Source: Eledone cirrhosa
Taxonomy: Eukaryota
Assembly (NCBI GenBank): GCA_964016885.1
Contig: OZ024742.1
Location: forward strand, 285,634,001-285,698,000
Length of the DNA stretch: 64,000 nt
Direction: 5' to 3'
In this document: positions 1-15,117 of the stretch, in pieces
How positions within the stretch are numbered: the stretch's first letter is position 1
Layout of the letters: each line of letters starts with the position of its first letter
Made by a program: the position numbers and the translations under genes
The notes under the pieces: model-generated
Databases searched by the model: none
Seen by the model: the letters and a program-made list of their open reading frames with translations, nothing else
What the model was told of the DNA's origin: nothing

Positions 1-121
1 TAGTGCAATGCATATAATCTATGAAGAAACGGAAAATAGCAGATTACATATGGGCTATATCGAATAATAATTATTATTTCTACTCTATACTGCAATGCAT
101 GGCGCCCGACCCTACAATAAC

Positions 122-290
122 AATTGTTTCTACTTTTCGCACAAGGCCAGCAATTATCCCAGTGTATTACTGGTACTTTATTTTATCGACCCCGTAAGGA
201 TGAAAGGCAAAGTTAACCTCGGTGGGATTTGAACTCAGACTATAAAAGGGCAAACTCTATGCTGCAATGCATGGCGTCCCACCCTATAAT
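122..290 (-). mobile_element. SINE family 1 copy
   Basis: Reverse complement of the 8184-8372 sequence. Confidence 0.85.
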
Positions 291-291
291 G

Positions 292-325
<34 letters not shown>

Positions 326-326
<1 letters not shown>

Positions 327-598
327 GTTCGATTTTAAATCGTATTGGGTAATTACTAGTAGGTTTGGCAATTGCCGAAGCAGGAAGATTCTCCCCCTCC
401 CCGCCCCTCATAATCGGATTTAGAGCTTGGGGTGCCCAGGGCAGCTAGAGTTTGATTGGCTCCTCATATAACAACAGACTGGACCTAGTCCTCTGGGCAC
501 CTCATGCTCTAAATCCGATCATAAGGGGGGGGGGGGAGAATCTTCCTGCTTCGGCAATTGCCAAACCTACTAGTAGTTACCCAATTTAAAATCGAACA
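326..598. mobile_element. Fold-back / MITE-like element with ~125-bp terminal inverted repeats
   Basis: tgttcgattttaaa..gggtaattactagtaggtttggcaattgccgaagcaggaagattctc mirrored at 495-598. Confidence 0.75.
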
Positions 599-868
599 TT
601 TTAATATGTGTGTATGCAGCTTGTAGTTGAAAACAGATCCACCCTCTCTCTCTTTGTTCTCATTACGATATTTCAAAAGGTTTTTTAAGATCGAAATATG
701 ATTTAAAAAACAAACAGACAAACTGTAATACTGTTTTATTAAAATTGCATTACAGGGTTTTCAGGTTCCTGTTTTACTTCCTATATATAATACTTCAAAA
801 AACCTATATACCTTACCACTTTCAAATATAATTATATATATATATATCTACATACACACACATACAGT

Positions 869-930
<62 letters not shown>

Positions 931-1517
931 TATATATATATATATATATGGGAGATAAATGCGTGTATGAAGTTTTTTATTTCATAGATCTGCAACTATA
1001 GTTTTATGACTCACTAACTCCATCTTAGGATTAAGTGTGCCGGTATTACACATCTATGAACATATATATATATGATTTGATTACACACAGAAAAGTAGAG
1101 AGACAGAATGGAAAAGGAAAAGAAAAGAGAGGAGAAAGAAAGAATGTACTTTAATTTAAACATCCTCTAAACAAAGACTTCCAAGAAATAATGTAAATTT
1201 AAATTTTATAATAAAAAAAATATCACAGCGAAATGTCTGTCTTATGAAGTTGTTTACATTGAATTTCTTAGTCTTGAAAATGTCGGATGTGATTTCCGAG
1301 AACAACAATTTTCACTCGTAAACATATTCGTCACTAACTTTGTCAAGGTAACCGTAGACTGCTGAGATCGACAATAGTTGAGTGCAAAAGACACAAAAGA
1401 AATTAACATGGACAACGATAAATGGTAGTAATTTTGGCACAAGTTCCTTTTAGAGGAGATGTTTTTTTACCTCCTTCAACGTTTGATTATGTCTCTTTAA
1501 ACAAAAAGGAATAATAA

Positions 1518-2410
1518 TTATTCTTTCTACATTTGGCACAAGGCTAGCAATTTGAAAGGAAGGGAAAAGTCGATTAAATCGATCTTGGTGTGTTACTGGT
1601 ATATTATTTTATTGACCCCTTAATGATGAAAATCAAAGCGAACCTCGACAGGATTTGAACTCAGATCGGAAAGGGGCGTAGCTCTATGCCATATAGCATA
1701 TTGTCCGACGCTCTACCGATACTGCCAATCCACCGCCTTGGGAGTAATAATAATGGTTTCTGATTTAGGCACAATGCCAACAATTTTTGGGGGAGGGGAA
1801 AGTCGATTAAATCGACCCCAGTACATTACTGGTACTTTATTTTACCGACCTCGTAAGGATGAAAGACAAAGCTAACCTCGGCGGGATTTGAACTCAGATC
1901 ATAAAGGGCCGTAACTCTATGCTGCAAAGCATGGCGTCCGACCCTCTACCGATTCTGCCAATCCACTGCACTGGGAATAGTAATGATAATAATGGTTTCT
2001 GATTTAGGCAGAAGGATAATAATTTTTTAGGGGAGGGGAAAGTCGATTAAATCTACATCATTGTATTACTGGTACTTTATTTATCGTCCCTGTATGAATG
2101 AAAGGCAAAGCTAACCGCGGCGGAATTTGAAGTCAGAACGTAAGAGATGTAACAAATATTGCTGCTCTATCCACAAATTTGCAGGCCCTGTGCATAAATT
2201 TGTAATCAACATTAAGTATTAGATTGATGTGGATTGGTAGCATCGGTAGAGCGTTGGACAAAATGATTTGCAGTATGAGTTGCGACCCTTTACCTTCTGA
2301 GTTTAAATCCCACCAAGGTCAATTTTAATTGTTATCCTTCCAGGACTCGATAAAATAAAGAACCAGTATAGTACTGGGGTCGATTTAGTCGTTTTTCCCA
2401 TTCCCCTCAA
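1518..2410. mobile_element. Cluster of SINE family 1 copies: three head-to-tail on minus (1518-2150), one on plus (2228-2410)
   Basis: Repeated B box and body motifs. Confidence 0.85.
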
Positions 2411-2864
2411 ATTCAAGTGAAAATCCGAAGGTGATACTTCAAATCATTTTATTAACTTCTACGTTCGTTTCAATTTTAGTACAAAAAGGTAACATTAAAA
2501 TATCCCCAGAAAATCAATATTAGATTTAGTGAATTCTTGTTTCTCACCCCAAATGAAAACACCAAACCATGGTCAATAAATTATAGATATTTAAAAGTCT
2601 TTAAAAAAACAACACATATGCAAGATAGTTGATTAACTGACCGAAAGAAAGCATTAGTTTCATTAGGCATCATGCAATTAGATTAAAGTTCTAAAGGTAT
2701 TATGTAAGACAAAACTACAGTATGGTTTATATATAAACACAAATATATATTTTACTTACTAAATATTTTCATTTTGCGGACATAACTATTATATATGTAT
2801 GCATGTGTGAGGGAGTTGTAGATCCCGAGTGAAATCAGAGGTAGTCAGTTATATAGTAGAGTTT

Positions 2865-3036
2865 ATCGGTAGAGGGTCGGACGCCATGCATTGCAGCACA
2901 GAGTTACGTCCCTTTACGGACTGAGATTAAATCCAGCCGAGGTTAACTTTGCCTTTCATCCTTACGGGGTCGATAAAATAAAGTACCAGTAATGTACTGG
3001 GTAATTGCTGCCCTTGTTCCAAAAGTAGAAACAATT
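2865..3036 (+). mobile_element. SINE family 1 copy
   Basis: Matches 8184-8372. Confidence 0.85.
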
Positions 3037-3265
3037 ATATATATATATATATATATATATACAGTTTTTTCCGTTGTGTTGTAATATAAATTTATATATG
3101 CACACACAGTAGATTATCAGCTCACGTAGAGTTTGCTCGACGGTTCCAGTTGTAGTTCCAAAAGTAACTAAAAGTTTGTAGATAGCTGTTTTAGGTTATG
3201 TAACTGTTATAGAAACACGTGTCAATAAATTCCTTTCAACTAAACTGTATCCATTCAAATTTTTC

Positions 3266-3320
<55 letters not shown>

Positions 3321-4347
3321 GCATGTGTGTGTGCGTTTGCTTATGAGAAATGTGGGGCTCATTCTTATAGACACATGAATAAATGCATGCATATACACTC
3401 AATTACACATATATACATACACACTCAACCATAACTTACAAACATTCACACACATATTTGCACAGATGCAGTCTAGTAATTGCACATACACACATATACG
3501 TATATACACATAATTTATAAATGCACACACATAAGCACATACATATATTATAATAATTGTACATACATACACAGACATATACGAAAATACGTACATACAG
3601 CACATCACATACATATACACAGGTACTTAACCATAACTTAAAATCATTCGCACACACTTTCACATAAACTAGAACACACGTACACGCATACGCATACACA
3701 AATCACCACACAGTCACACAGAATCTCACATATGCACACAAACAAACATACATACACATGAATGTACACACAGATGCACATCCATCCAGACACACAGACA
3801 CACACAGAGACACACAAATATCCAGAGAGATGTCCATCCAGACTCACATACACATACATACAAGCACACATATGTACACGGAAACATATATAGACACAGA
3901 CACATATACACACACAGATGTATACGCAAACATATATAGACACACATACACACACATAAACTAGCATAGATGTACACACAAATGTCCAGACACACATACT
4001 CACACAGACATACGCACACATAAACATACACACAGACACACACACACACACACACAGAGCAACGGTTTGCAATGAATGGACGCAGTAATCAATGGTGCAG
4101 TGCAGTATTAGATTGTTATCAATATGTTCTCAAGATGCCAACAATGCGGCCATGTCTAGACAATTCCTATTAAATACACCTCTATAACACTGGCAACCTG
4201 AATGTGTATATATATGTATGTGTGTGTGTGTGTGTGTAATTTACACACGTACACATAATGCCTATATTATTTCCATAAAAACACCAACCGGCATGATACT
4301 GACACCTCATGCGTGTTTGTACATATATGTACATTTGTATGTATGTG

Positions 4348-4388
<41 letters not shown>

Positions 4389-4474
4389 ATAATAATAAAT
4401 TTGAAGACGAAAATCCAAAGAGGGCTCGATAAGGATAAATATATATCAAATATACAAGAACCGTAGAGCAAATA

Positions 4475-5405
4475 TTTATTAAAATAACATTAAAGTTTAA
4501 GCAAAAAATCGCTGCTTTCACCCTTAACGGGATCTTCTGAAACTAACAAAGACTTTGTTTCAACCTTACATTTGTAGACAATGTTACTAGAGAGGCATTT
4601 CCCGGATAGGGGACAATCAACCCGATTCCTACAATTACAGTTAGTACTAACTACAGGGTTGCACGTGTTCCTACTGCTAGGTAGTTTAGCTAAATTTGAA
4701 GCTGTGATGTTATGTGCAAGGTTAGGAGTTGATTGCCTCCTATCCGGGAAATGCCTCTCTAGTAACATTGTCTACAAATGTAAGGTTGAAACACCCACGT
4801 CCCGTAGGTCCTACATAGGGTTAACTGCCAATAGATTCAAGCAACGTCTTTACATGCATACCCATTCTTTTCGTTACCCTCTACGAAGGAATATGACGTC
4901 ACTTTCAGCTTATATCTGGAGTCTAAAAGACAACCACACCCAATATAAGTTACACTGGGAGATCCTAGCTAGGGCTAGATCGTATAACGGAAATAAAAGA
5001 CCTTGTGACCTCTGCGCCGCTGAGGCCCTGGAAATACTCTACGCCACAGACCACATCTTAAACAAAAAAAAATCTGAGGCAATTTCGGCTTGTAAACATA
5101 AATTGCACAAAACTTTCCTGTATTACAGCCCCACATTATACCCTAACGGATAGTACGATCTATACGTGGATATTTTACGTCTTGATGTGGTAGCTAAGTA
5201 TATGTTATGTTTATACCATTACTTATTTGCATAGGGAACGTTTCCACGATCCAAAGTATCGTCTTCCTGTCTTCCTCCGGTTGCAACGTTTTTTGAAATA
5301 TCCACTTCTGCGTTTACAGATTGACTTTGTTAGTTTCAGAAGATCCTGTTAAGGGTGAAAGCAGTGATTCTTTGCTTAAATTTTAATCTGTTATTTTAAT
5401 AAATA
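4475..5405 (+). mobile_element. Rearranged, truncated PLE copy: inverted EN/pLTR piece followed by EN, intron-less 3' UTR and HHR pLTR
   Basis: 4558-4625 is an inverted copy of 4728-4792; HHR-pLTR at 5332-5382 (+) and 4494-4544 (-); 3' UTR matches 15117-16160 minus the intron. Confidence 0.85.
4725..5153 (+). pseudogene. 5'-truncated PLE GIY-YIG endonuclease (Naiad-like)
   Basis: CLSSNIVYKCKV..SYIGLTANRFKQRLYMH..LSAYIWSLK..CDLCAAE..LNKK.SE..CKH. Confidence 0.9.
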
Positions 5406-5453
5406 TATCTCTATATATATATGTATGTATGTATATATATATATATATATATG

Positions 5454-5512
<59 letters not shown>

Positions 5513-5513
5513 T

Positions 5514-5559
<46 letters not shown>

Positions 5560-5565
<6 letters not shown>

Positions 5566-6865
5566 CGTATTTAAGAAAGCCACAACAATGCAAAGGGAAA
5601 TCTCGAGGTAGGAAGTGAAATATAGATAGGAAAAACAGGTGAAAGTGAAAGTTGAGAGAGACAAAGATGAAAACAAAACAAAGGTAGAAGGGTTACCGTA
5701 GTAGAGATTTTAATCCCAATATTTCGGGCTCACGCCCATCAACGGGGGAAAAGTTCCAAAAGGGGGGAAAAACAGGCCAAGCGGAGAAAGTGGTGATGTC
5801 GTTAAGACAGGAATGCCGTTATGGGGAGAAAAAAATATTAAAATTTAAACGAGGGAGAGAATGCGCGTGCGCGTGATAAGCTGTGGCAAAAGCTACTGAC
5901 CAAATGGGTTAAATCAAGAGGGTGCGTTAGCGTGTGAAAGCCGTAAGATATGTGTATGTAAATATATATGTGTGTGTGACTGTGTGTGTATAAGTGTAAG
6001 TGTGTATATGTGTGAGTGTGTGTGTGTGTGAAAGATAGTGGGCTGTAGAAGTTGGAAATCAAAGGGTGTGAAAGGTGGTAGGTTGTAAAATATGTGTGCG
6101 TGTATAAATATAGATGTGTGTGTGTGTAAGCGTATGGGTATACATGTGTGTGTGTAACTGCGTATGTATATGTGTGAGTGCGTTTGTGTGTGAAAGATAG
6201 TGGGCTGTAGAAGCTGGAAATCAAAGGGTGTGAAAGGTGGTAGGTTGTAAAAACATGTGTGCGTGTAAAATATAGAAGTGTGTGTGCATGCGTATGGGTA
6301 TGCATATACGTGCGTGTGTGTGAAGATAGCAGGCCGTAGGCTGTGAATGGTCATTATGGTTAAGTTAGCCATGTCAGCTCATTTCTCTCAGCCCGGTTGT
6401 TAAGTGGGGGTCTGAGGTTCTTAATAACAAGTGCTTCCTTTATCCTTAAGGATCCGATGCTGCGTTCAGTCGCTAGGACTGTGACCAAGGGTCTACCCTG
6501 TGGGTTTCCGCATTTGAGGATATGTTTACGGAAGGAAGATGCGTTGGTGTTGATATGTTCCTTGATACGAACATGTAGGGGTCGGATGGTGCTACCTATG
6601 TAAAACTTGTTACATTTATCGCATTGAATCTTATATACGACATAGGTGCGTAGGCAATCTGCCCCCCGTATCGGGCAGTTGCTGAGGGAACACGTCCCAT
6701 CTGCCTCGTAGGGTTTGTTGGAGAGGCATCTTCGCAGCGAAGGTCCTGTGTGGGCCAAATGTATGTCAAGTCCCTCCGTACGTATGGCCCTGCGGATGGC
6801 GTTCGTGGTATATTCACTCAGGTGAATACGGGGGGCAGATTGCCTACGCACCTATGTCGTATATA
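5560..6865 (-). mobile_element. Truncated PLE: EN, CA-rich tail with ~160-bp internal duplication, degenerate HHR at 5714-5749
   Basis: EN ORF; minus-strand tcccc-gttgat-gggc gtga gccc-GAAA-tatt-ggga; (TA)n both sides. Confidence 0.7.
6360..6851 (-). pseudogene. 5'-truncated PLE GIY-YIG endonuclease with CCHH zinc finger (Neptune/Poseidon-type)
   Basis: [66 protein letters not shown]. Confidence 0.9.
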
Positions 6866-6892
6866 AGATTCATATATATATATATGTATATA

Positions 6893-6948
<56 letters not shown>

Positions 6949-6955
6949 TATATAC

Positions 6956-7069
<114 letters not shown>

Positions 7070-7439
7070 CTTTTCTTTCTCGTTTTCTTATGCATAATCT
7101 GCTTCTCAGTAGTCTTCAGAATTTGAAATTTTATTTTATATCATTTTTCTATTACTTGTCTCACTAGTTCTTTTTGGTTGCCAACTGTGAGGAGTACTCC
7201 ATACTTCCGCTAGTCTGTCATGGCTTACTAGCTCTATGCGGACGTTTAAATTGAATAAATAAATATACAAATTATACACGGGTGTGTATATATAATTCCT
7301 TCGATGCTGGCTAGTAAGCCATCGTGGGATTTGAACATATATATATATATATAGCGTTGGAATAATTACCACAAGGTATTTTGTCTGATATATGTGTCTC
7401 TATGTATGAATAGACACACCTACACACACAGACACAGAG

Positions 7440-7564
<125 letters not shown>

Positions 7565-7565
7565 T

Positions 7566-8163
7566 CTATATATATAAAACTGTGGTTGTCTGTCTGTCTA
7601 TCGATTTTTGGCACACATCTCCTCTTAGAATCTCTCACGGAATTGCACCGAAATTGCTATACTTGTACATTGAACCCTAGCGAAGACATCGGAAAAAAAA
7701 AATTTCAAATTGACCCACCCTATGTGACGAAATCGAATATAATGTATCGATTTTTGAGCGTAAGTTATCAGTTATTTCCCTTTGTTCTGTTTACATTGAG
7801 CGTCTTACGTAAAAAATTACGCTGGCTTTCTCAGCGTTTAAAATGACATTAACACAATAACTGATAATTTGGTTACGCTAATGTTTTTCTCTGCGTTGCA
7901 GTGTTTACATTTTCGATCTTTGTTAATAAATAACCAGTGCAGTTTTTATCCCCAGCATCCTCTTTTGTTATAACATTCGGGTTATCGTTATGTTTTCTTA
8001 ACTTCATAAGGCATATTGTTGGTTGAGGGAATATTAATCAAAAACACCACATGCAAGTCTGCACAGTAGACACTACAGTTTTTAAGCCAAAAAAGAAACT
8101 TAACATTGTAACTTTAACACAGCTACTGAGCGACCCCGAGCAACGCCGGGCTTTACTGCTAGT
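7566..8163 (+). mobile_element. Non-autonomous Helitron-like element
   Basis: 5' tctatatatataaaac..(gtct)n, 3' hairpin cccgagcaacgccggg followed by ctagt. Confidence 0.7.
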
Positions 8164-8183
8164 ATTATATAAATATATATATA

Positions 8184-8372
8184 GGGCGGTGAATTGGCAG
8201 TATCAGTAGAGGGTCGGACGCCATGCTTTCCAGCATAGTTACGTCCCTTTACGATCTGAGTTCAAATCCCGCCGAGGTTGACTTTGCCTTTCATCCTTAC
8301 GGGGTCGATAAAATAAAGTACCAGTAATGCACTGGGTAATTGCTGGCCTTGTGCCTAAAGTAGAAACAATTA
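8184..8372 (+). mobile_element. tRNA-derived SINE, family 1 (representative copy)
   Basis: A box tggcagtatcagtagag, B box gagttcaaatcc, conserved body ctttgcctttcatccttacggggtcgataaaataaagtaccag; more than 20 copies in the window. Confidence 0.9.
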
Positions 8373-8592
8373 TATAAATATATATTAAGATTCTTGTGAA
8401 TTTGAAGAGATAATAGCACAAAGCTCCAGACAGATAGTAAATGATCTTTTATTTAACACAAATGATATTTTTACCAAATTCCAAACATATCTATTAAGTA
8501 TAGTTATCAAATATAGTTATTAGATACAATTATTAAATTTCACACATATCTAGTATATGTGAATGTATTTGAAAATATACTAGATATCATAT

Positions 8593-8685
<93 letters not shown>

Positions 8686-8690
8686 CATAG

Positions 8691-8748
<58 letters not shown>

Positions 8749-9257
8749 ATATGTAATATTTATATGTGTACGTATATATATATTTATATATGTATGTATA
8801 TATATTCAATATATATACATTTATATATGTATTTATATTTATATATGTATGTATATATATGTGTGTATATATATATATGTGTGTGCGTCTGTATATTCAT
8901 AAACTGACATTACAAAAGTACTTTCGACTTTCGTTTGATACGATCGAAGTTGGGGATCCTTCAAAGAATAAGATCTCCCACAGATTTCGCTTATCTTTAT
9001 ATTGGAAATTTGGAATTAACAAATAGATTAACTTTTTGATGTACTTTAGTAATTTCACGTTTACCTTGGTGTTTGTGCATGTACACACATGCACATGCGT
9101 TTATACATAAAGAAATGCACATACACAGAGAGATATATATGTTATATATATATTTATTAAAATAACAGATACATATATATATATATGCATATTTACATAC
9201 ATTGATATACATATATGCACATATATGCATATGTATGTATATGTATGTATGTATATG

Positions 9258-9332
<75 letters not shown>

Positions 9333-9468
9333 CGATTTGTCAAGCTATTTAAACGTATGTTATTACTCTGAGGACCTAACTTATCGAGTGCTTTGCTAAC
9401 TCATCATTTCATATAAGTAGGCCGAATTTACTTGCAAACCGCCAGAGATTCGATTTTACTAAATTTTC

Positions 9469-9611
<143 letters not shown>

Positions 9612-10272
9612 TATACATACATATATATATATATTATATATATAAACAAATTAACTCGAAAATAGAGTTTCGAGACGCGAGTGCATTAGGATTCTCAGAA
9701 AAATGGGAAAACTCGGCGTATGGAAGCTATTTGAACAGCAAAATACCATCGAAGCGTTGTTGGGTAAAATATTACCTCGAAGGACAGAGATCAGCGGCTA
9801 GATGTGAGTTGACTCGAAGGAAGAGAAGATAGGGAGGAGGAAATAGAATTGATGAAAGTGAAAAGGTTACAAACATTAAAATATGCTCTTCAGATCTCAA
9901 CCTCTAGCAGTTTCGACGAATTAATGAGATTACTGTGAAGAATAGGAGGCTCGTAATGGAGAAATAAATATCTTCGTTCATATAATGTTTGCGTTGGTGC
10001 AGGTTAGAGAAAGATAGAAAGATGGAGTGCGTCCGATCGACCTCAAGTCGTCGCGAGGAAGGTAGAATATTGGCGTCTGTCCTCCGTGCTTTCATTCTTT
10101 CTTTCTCTCCCTTCTCTTTCACTGCTCCGTATCTTTACCCCCTTCCTCACACTGTTACCTTCTTCCTTCTCCTCTCTCCCTTCTACAGGCCAGCTCTACT
10201 TACGACGCCAATATTTTTCTTTAGCGTTAGTGTAGATATGTGTGAAAGTACATGCGCCTGCATATATATATC

Positions 10273-10334
<62 letters not shown>

Positions 10335-10524
10335 ATTTATAAATATATATGTGTGTGTGTGGGTGTGTCTGCGTGTGAGTGTGTGTGAGTGTGTGTGTGT
10401 GAGTGTGTGTGTTTAATGTCATATCTCTGTCAGTCTTATCTCTATTTTAACATTTAGAGTAATGTTATAATGGATGAAAAATTCTCGAATTATAGTTACA
10501 CGCACACACACACACACACACACA

Positions 10525-10568
<44 letters not shown>

Positions 10569-10948
10569 TATATATATATAGCTATACATATACAGTGAAA
10601 GCCTGTCATTGAGCATTTAAACAACAATAACTATTTGCTAACATCATAATGTACGACCTCCACTGCTTGTACACACACATACACACACAGGTTTGTGTGT
10701 GTATGTATTTGTGTTAATAAATATGAATACATGGATGTATATTTCCATACTTTAATGTTTTTAAATTACAAGCGTTATGTACATTTCGGAGGCGTTGGTA
10801 GATAGTCATCATCTTGGAAGACTTCACTAGTCGGTAATATGTCGACGCTGTGACACAAGTTGACAATATGTCAACAACCTATGTAATAGAGACGTCTATT
10901 ACATATATATATATATATATGTGTGTATAATATATATATATATATATC

Positions 10949-11935
10949 CAAATATAAATTAGCGAGAATCGTATTTCAGCTCAGGAATTAACGAAAATCA
11001 ACGTCCAATATGTGTGGCAAGCGCTCGATGATTCATGTGAATCAGAGCTACAACATACGTTAAGGGCCAAACACACTGAGATGATGGTTAAACAGATCAT
11101 TCGCACAGCCAAAACAAACGACCAAGTAATTCGGGTCAAACAATAAAAATATATGTGTTGATAATTTACCCGGACCCTGGACTGTTGGTAAAATCCAGTA
11201 TTTGGTTTCTGCGACTCCAAAATCAGGTACTGTCCGCCTACATAAAGAATGTTGGGCTTCTGGTAAGATGATTGAACAAGGAAGCCGTGTTATCAACGGG
11301 TTTTTGCTCCAAATGCTATACATAAGTGTGGCTATTACTGACCCCACGTGGAGTTCAGCAAGGGAGGCAACACCTCTATTAGGCGAATGATTCAGTTGTG
11401 TATAATATTGCGAGAATGCAAAATATCACAAATCGAATAAAGCTCTCGACAGAATGGTTAAATATAACAGAGCTATTCAACAGTCAATAGAAGCAACTAA
11501 AAAATCAATAAAATTAACTGCTTAATAGCTAGACTCTGGAGATTAATACAAATATAAATTAGCGAGAATCGTATTTCAGCTCAGGAATTATCGAAAATCA
11601 ACGTCCGATATGTGTGGCAAGCGCTCGATGATTCATGTGAATCAGAGCTACAACATACGTTAAGGGCCAAACACACTGAGATGATGGTTAAACAGATCAT
11701 CCGCACAGCCAAAACAAACGACCAAGTAATTCGGGTCAAACAATAAAAATATATGTGTTGATAATTTACCCGGACCCTGGACTGTTGGTAAAGTCCAGTA
11801 TTTGGTTTCTGCGACTCCAAAATCAGGTACTGACAATTGGTATTGACAATTGTTTCATTGATAAGGTGAGTCTAGAGGTCGCTAATCGCTCGAAGTTGCA
11901 TCACTCGATCTCCATTACAACCTATGTAATAGAGA
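10949..11935. repeat. ~285-bp direct repeat with 600-bp period (10949-11232 / 11549-11832), probable pLTR-type partial tandem
   Basis: Near-identical copies, bounded by (TA)n; no convincing HHR core found. Confidence 0.7.
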
Positions 11936-11945
11936 CATCATATCA

Positions 11946-12023
<78 letters not shown>

Positions 12024-12053
12024 AAAGAATAGAGGTGTAACACACAAGTTATT

Positions 12054-14033
<1,980 letters not shown>

Positions 14034-14664
14034 TATATATATATATATATATGTGAAAAAATGGGGAGAAGAATACTGCAGGTTGCACATGGATAACATG
14101 TTATAAAATGAGTCCCTCATCAGTGATTTGCCAACGATCATAGATATTTCATTGCATTAAAAATCATATACCTCACGTTGGTGCAATAATAACTAAATTA
14201 AGTTATTAGGACAATTAAAACACGTAAAGCGAGTGAGACAAGTAAACAACAAAGAGGAAAGCTAACCGTAGATAGGAAGGGAACAAGCTACATAGTTATT
14301 CTGTTAGCATAAGCTAGGTGAATATATGAGCGCTTAGAAAAAAGACCTTTCGAGATGAATCCAAATGTAAGAAAGAAGGAAAATGTATTCGTCGCGAACG
14401 GGGTGAAGTGAGAAGGGGAGAAACAGTGAGTGAGTGAGTGGAAGTGTGAGGAAGAGTTAACTGACATGACAGAGGGGGCGAAAGAAAGTAGGAGAAACAG
14501 AGAGAACGAGGGAGCAGTAAGAGAGAGAGAGAGAAATACAGAATCGCAGTTTAGGTAAATATATGTGAAAAAATGGGGGGAAGAATACTGCAGGTTGCAC
14601 ATGGATAACATGTTATAAAATGAGTCCCTCATCAGTGATTTGCCAACGATCATATATATATATA

Positions 14665-14760
14665 TAAGCAAAGAATCGCTGCTTTCACCCTTAACGGGAT
14701 CTTCTGAAGATCCCGTTAAGGGTGAAAGCAGCGATTCTTTGCTTAAACTTTAATCTGTTA

Positions 14761-14765
<5 letters not shown>
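14665..14765. mobile_element. Palindromic (inverted + direct) mini-pLTR of the CAGAAGA HHR family
   Basis: Perfect 40-bp arms around position 14705; flanked by (TA)n. Confidence 0.8.
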
Positions 14766-14807
<42 letters not shown>

Positions 14808-14809
<2 letters not shown>

Positions 14810-15067
14810 AGGAGTGTTACGTGAAGTTACTGTAGGCTCACCCAGGTGAGCACTCGATGTTTGGGTTCACGTCAGTGGCGAGGTGTAGAGCTAGACAGAG
14901 TGTACTGTAACAATATAATAATACAAAGACGATTTGTTCAGCCTTCATTACGTTTATTGATTGGTGACGTGCGTTTCGCTATTGATCAGCTCATGGTTCG
15001 ATCTGTATCGATCTGGCCCAGCTCTGAAATAAAAAACTCGTCGGACCTCTGCTGTTGTAATGACAGA

Positions 15068-15070
<3 letters not shown>
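14808..15070 (-). mobile_element. Solo pLTR fragment related to the 19960-25902 PLE, with HHR-like motif at 14963-15047
   Basis: Matches 19965-20020 in the same orientation and 25800-25875 as reverse complement; bounded by (TA)n. Confidence 0.7.

Positions 15071-15116
<46 letters not shown>

Positions 15117-15117
<1 letters not shown>

Noticed and set aside
8184-8260. tRNA genes at SINE heads
   Set aside because: A/B boxes continue into SINE bodies and no full cloverleaf forms.
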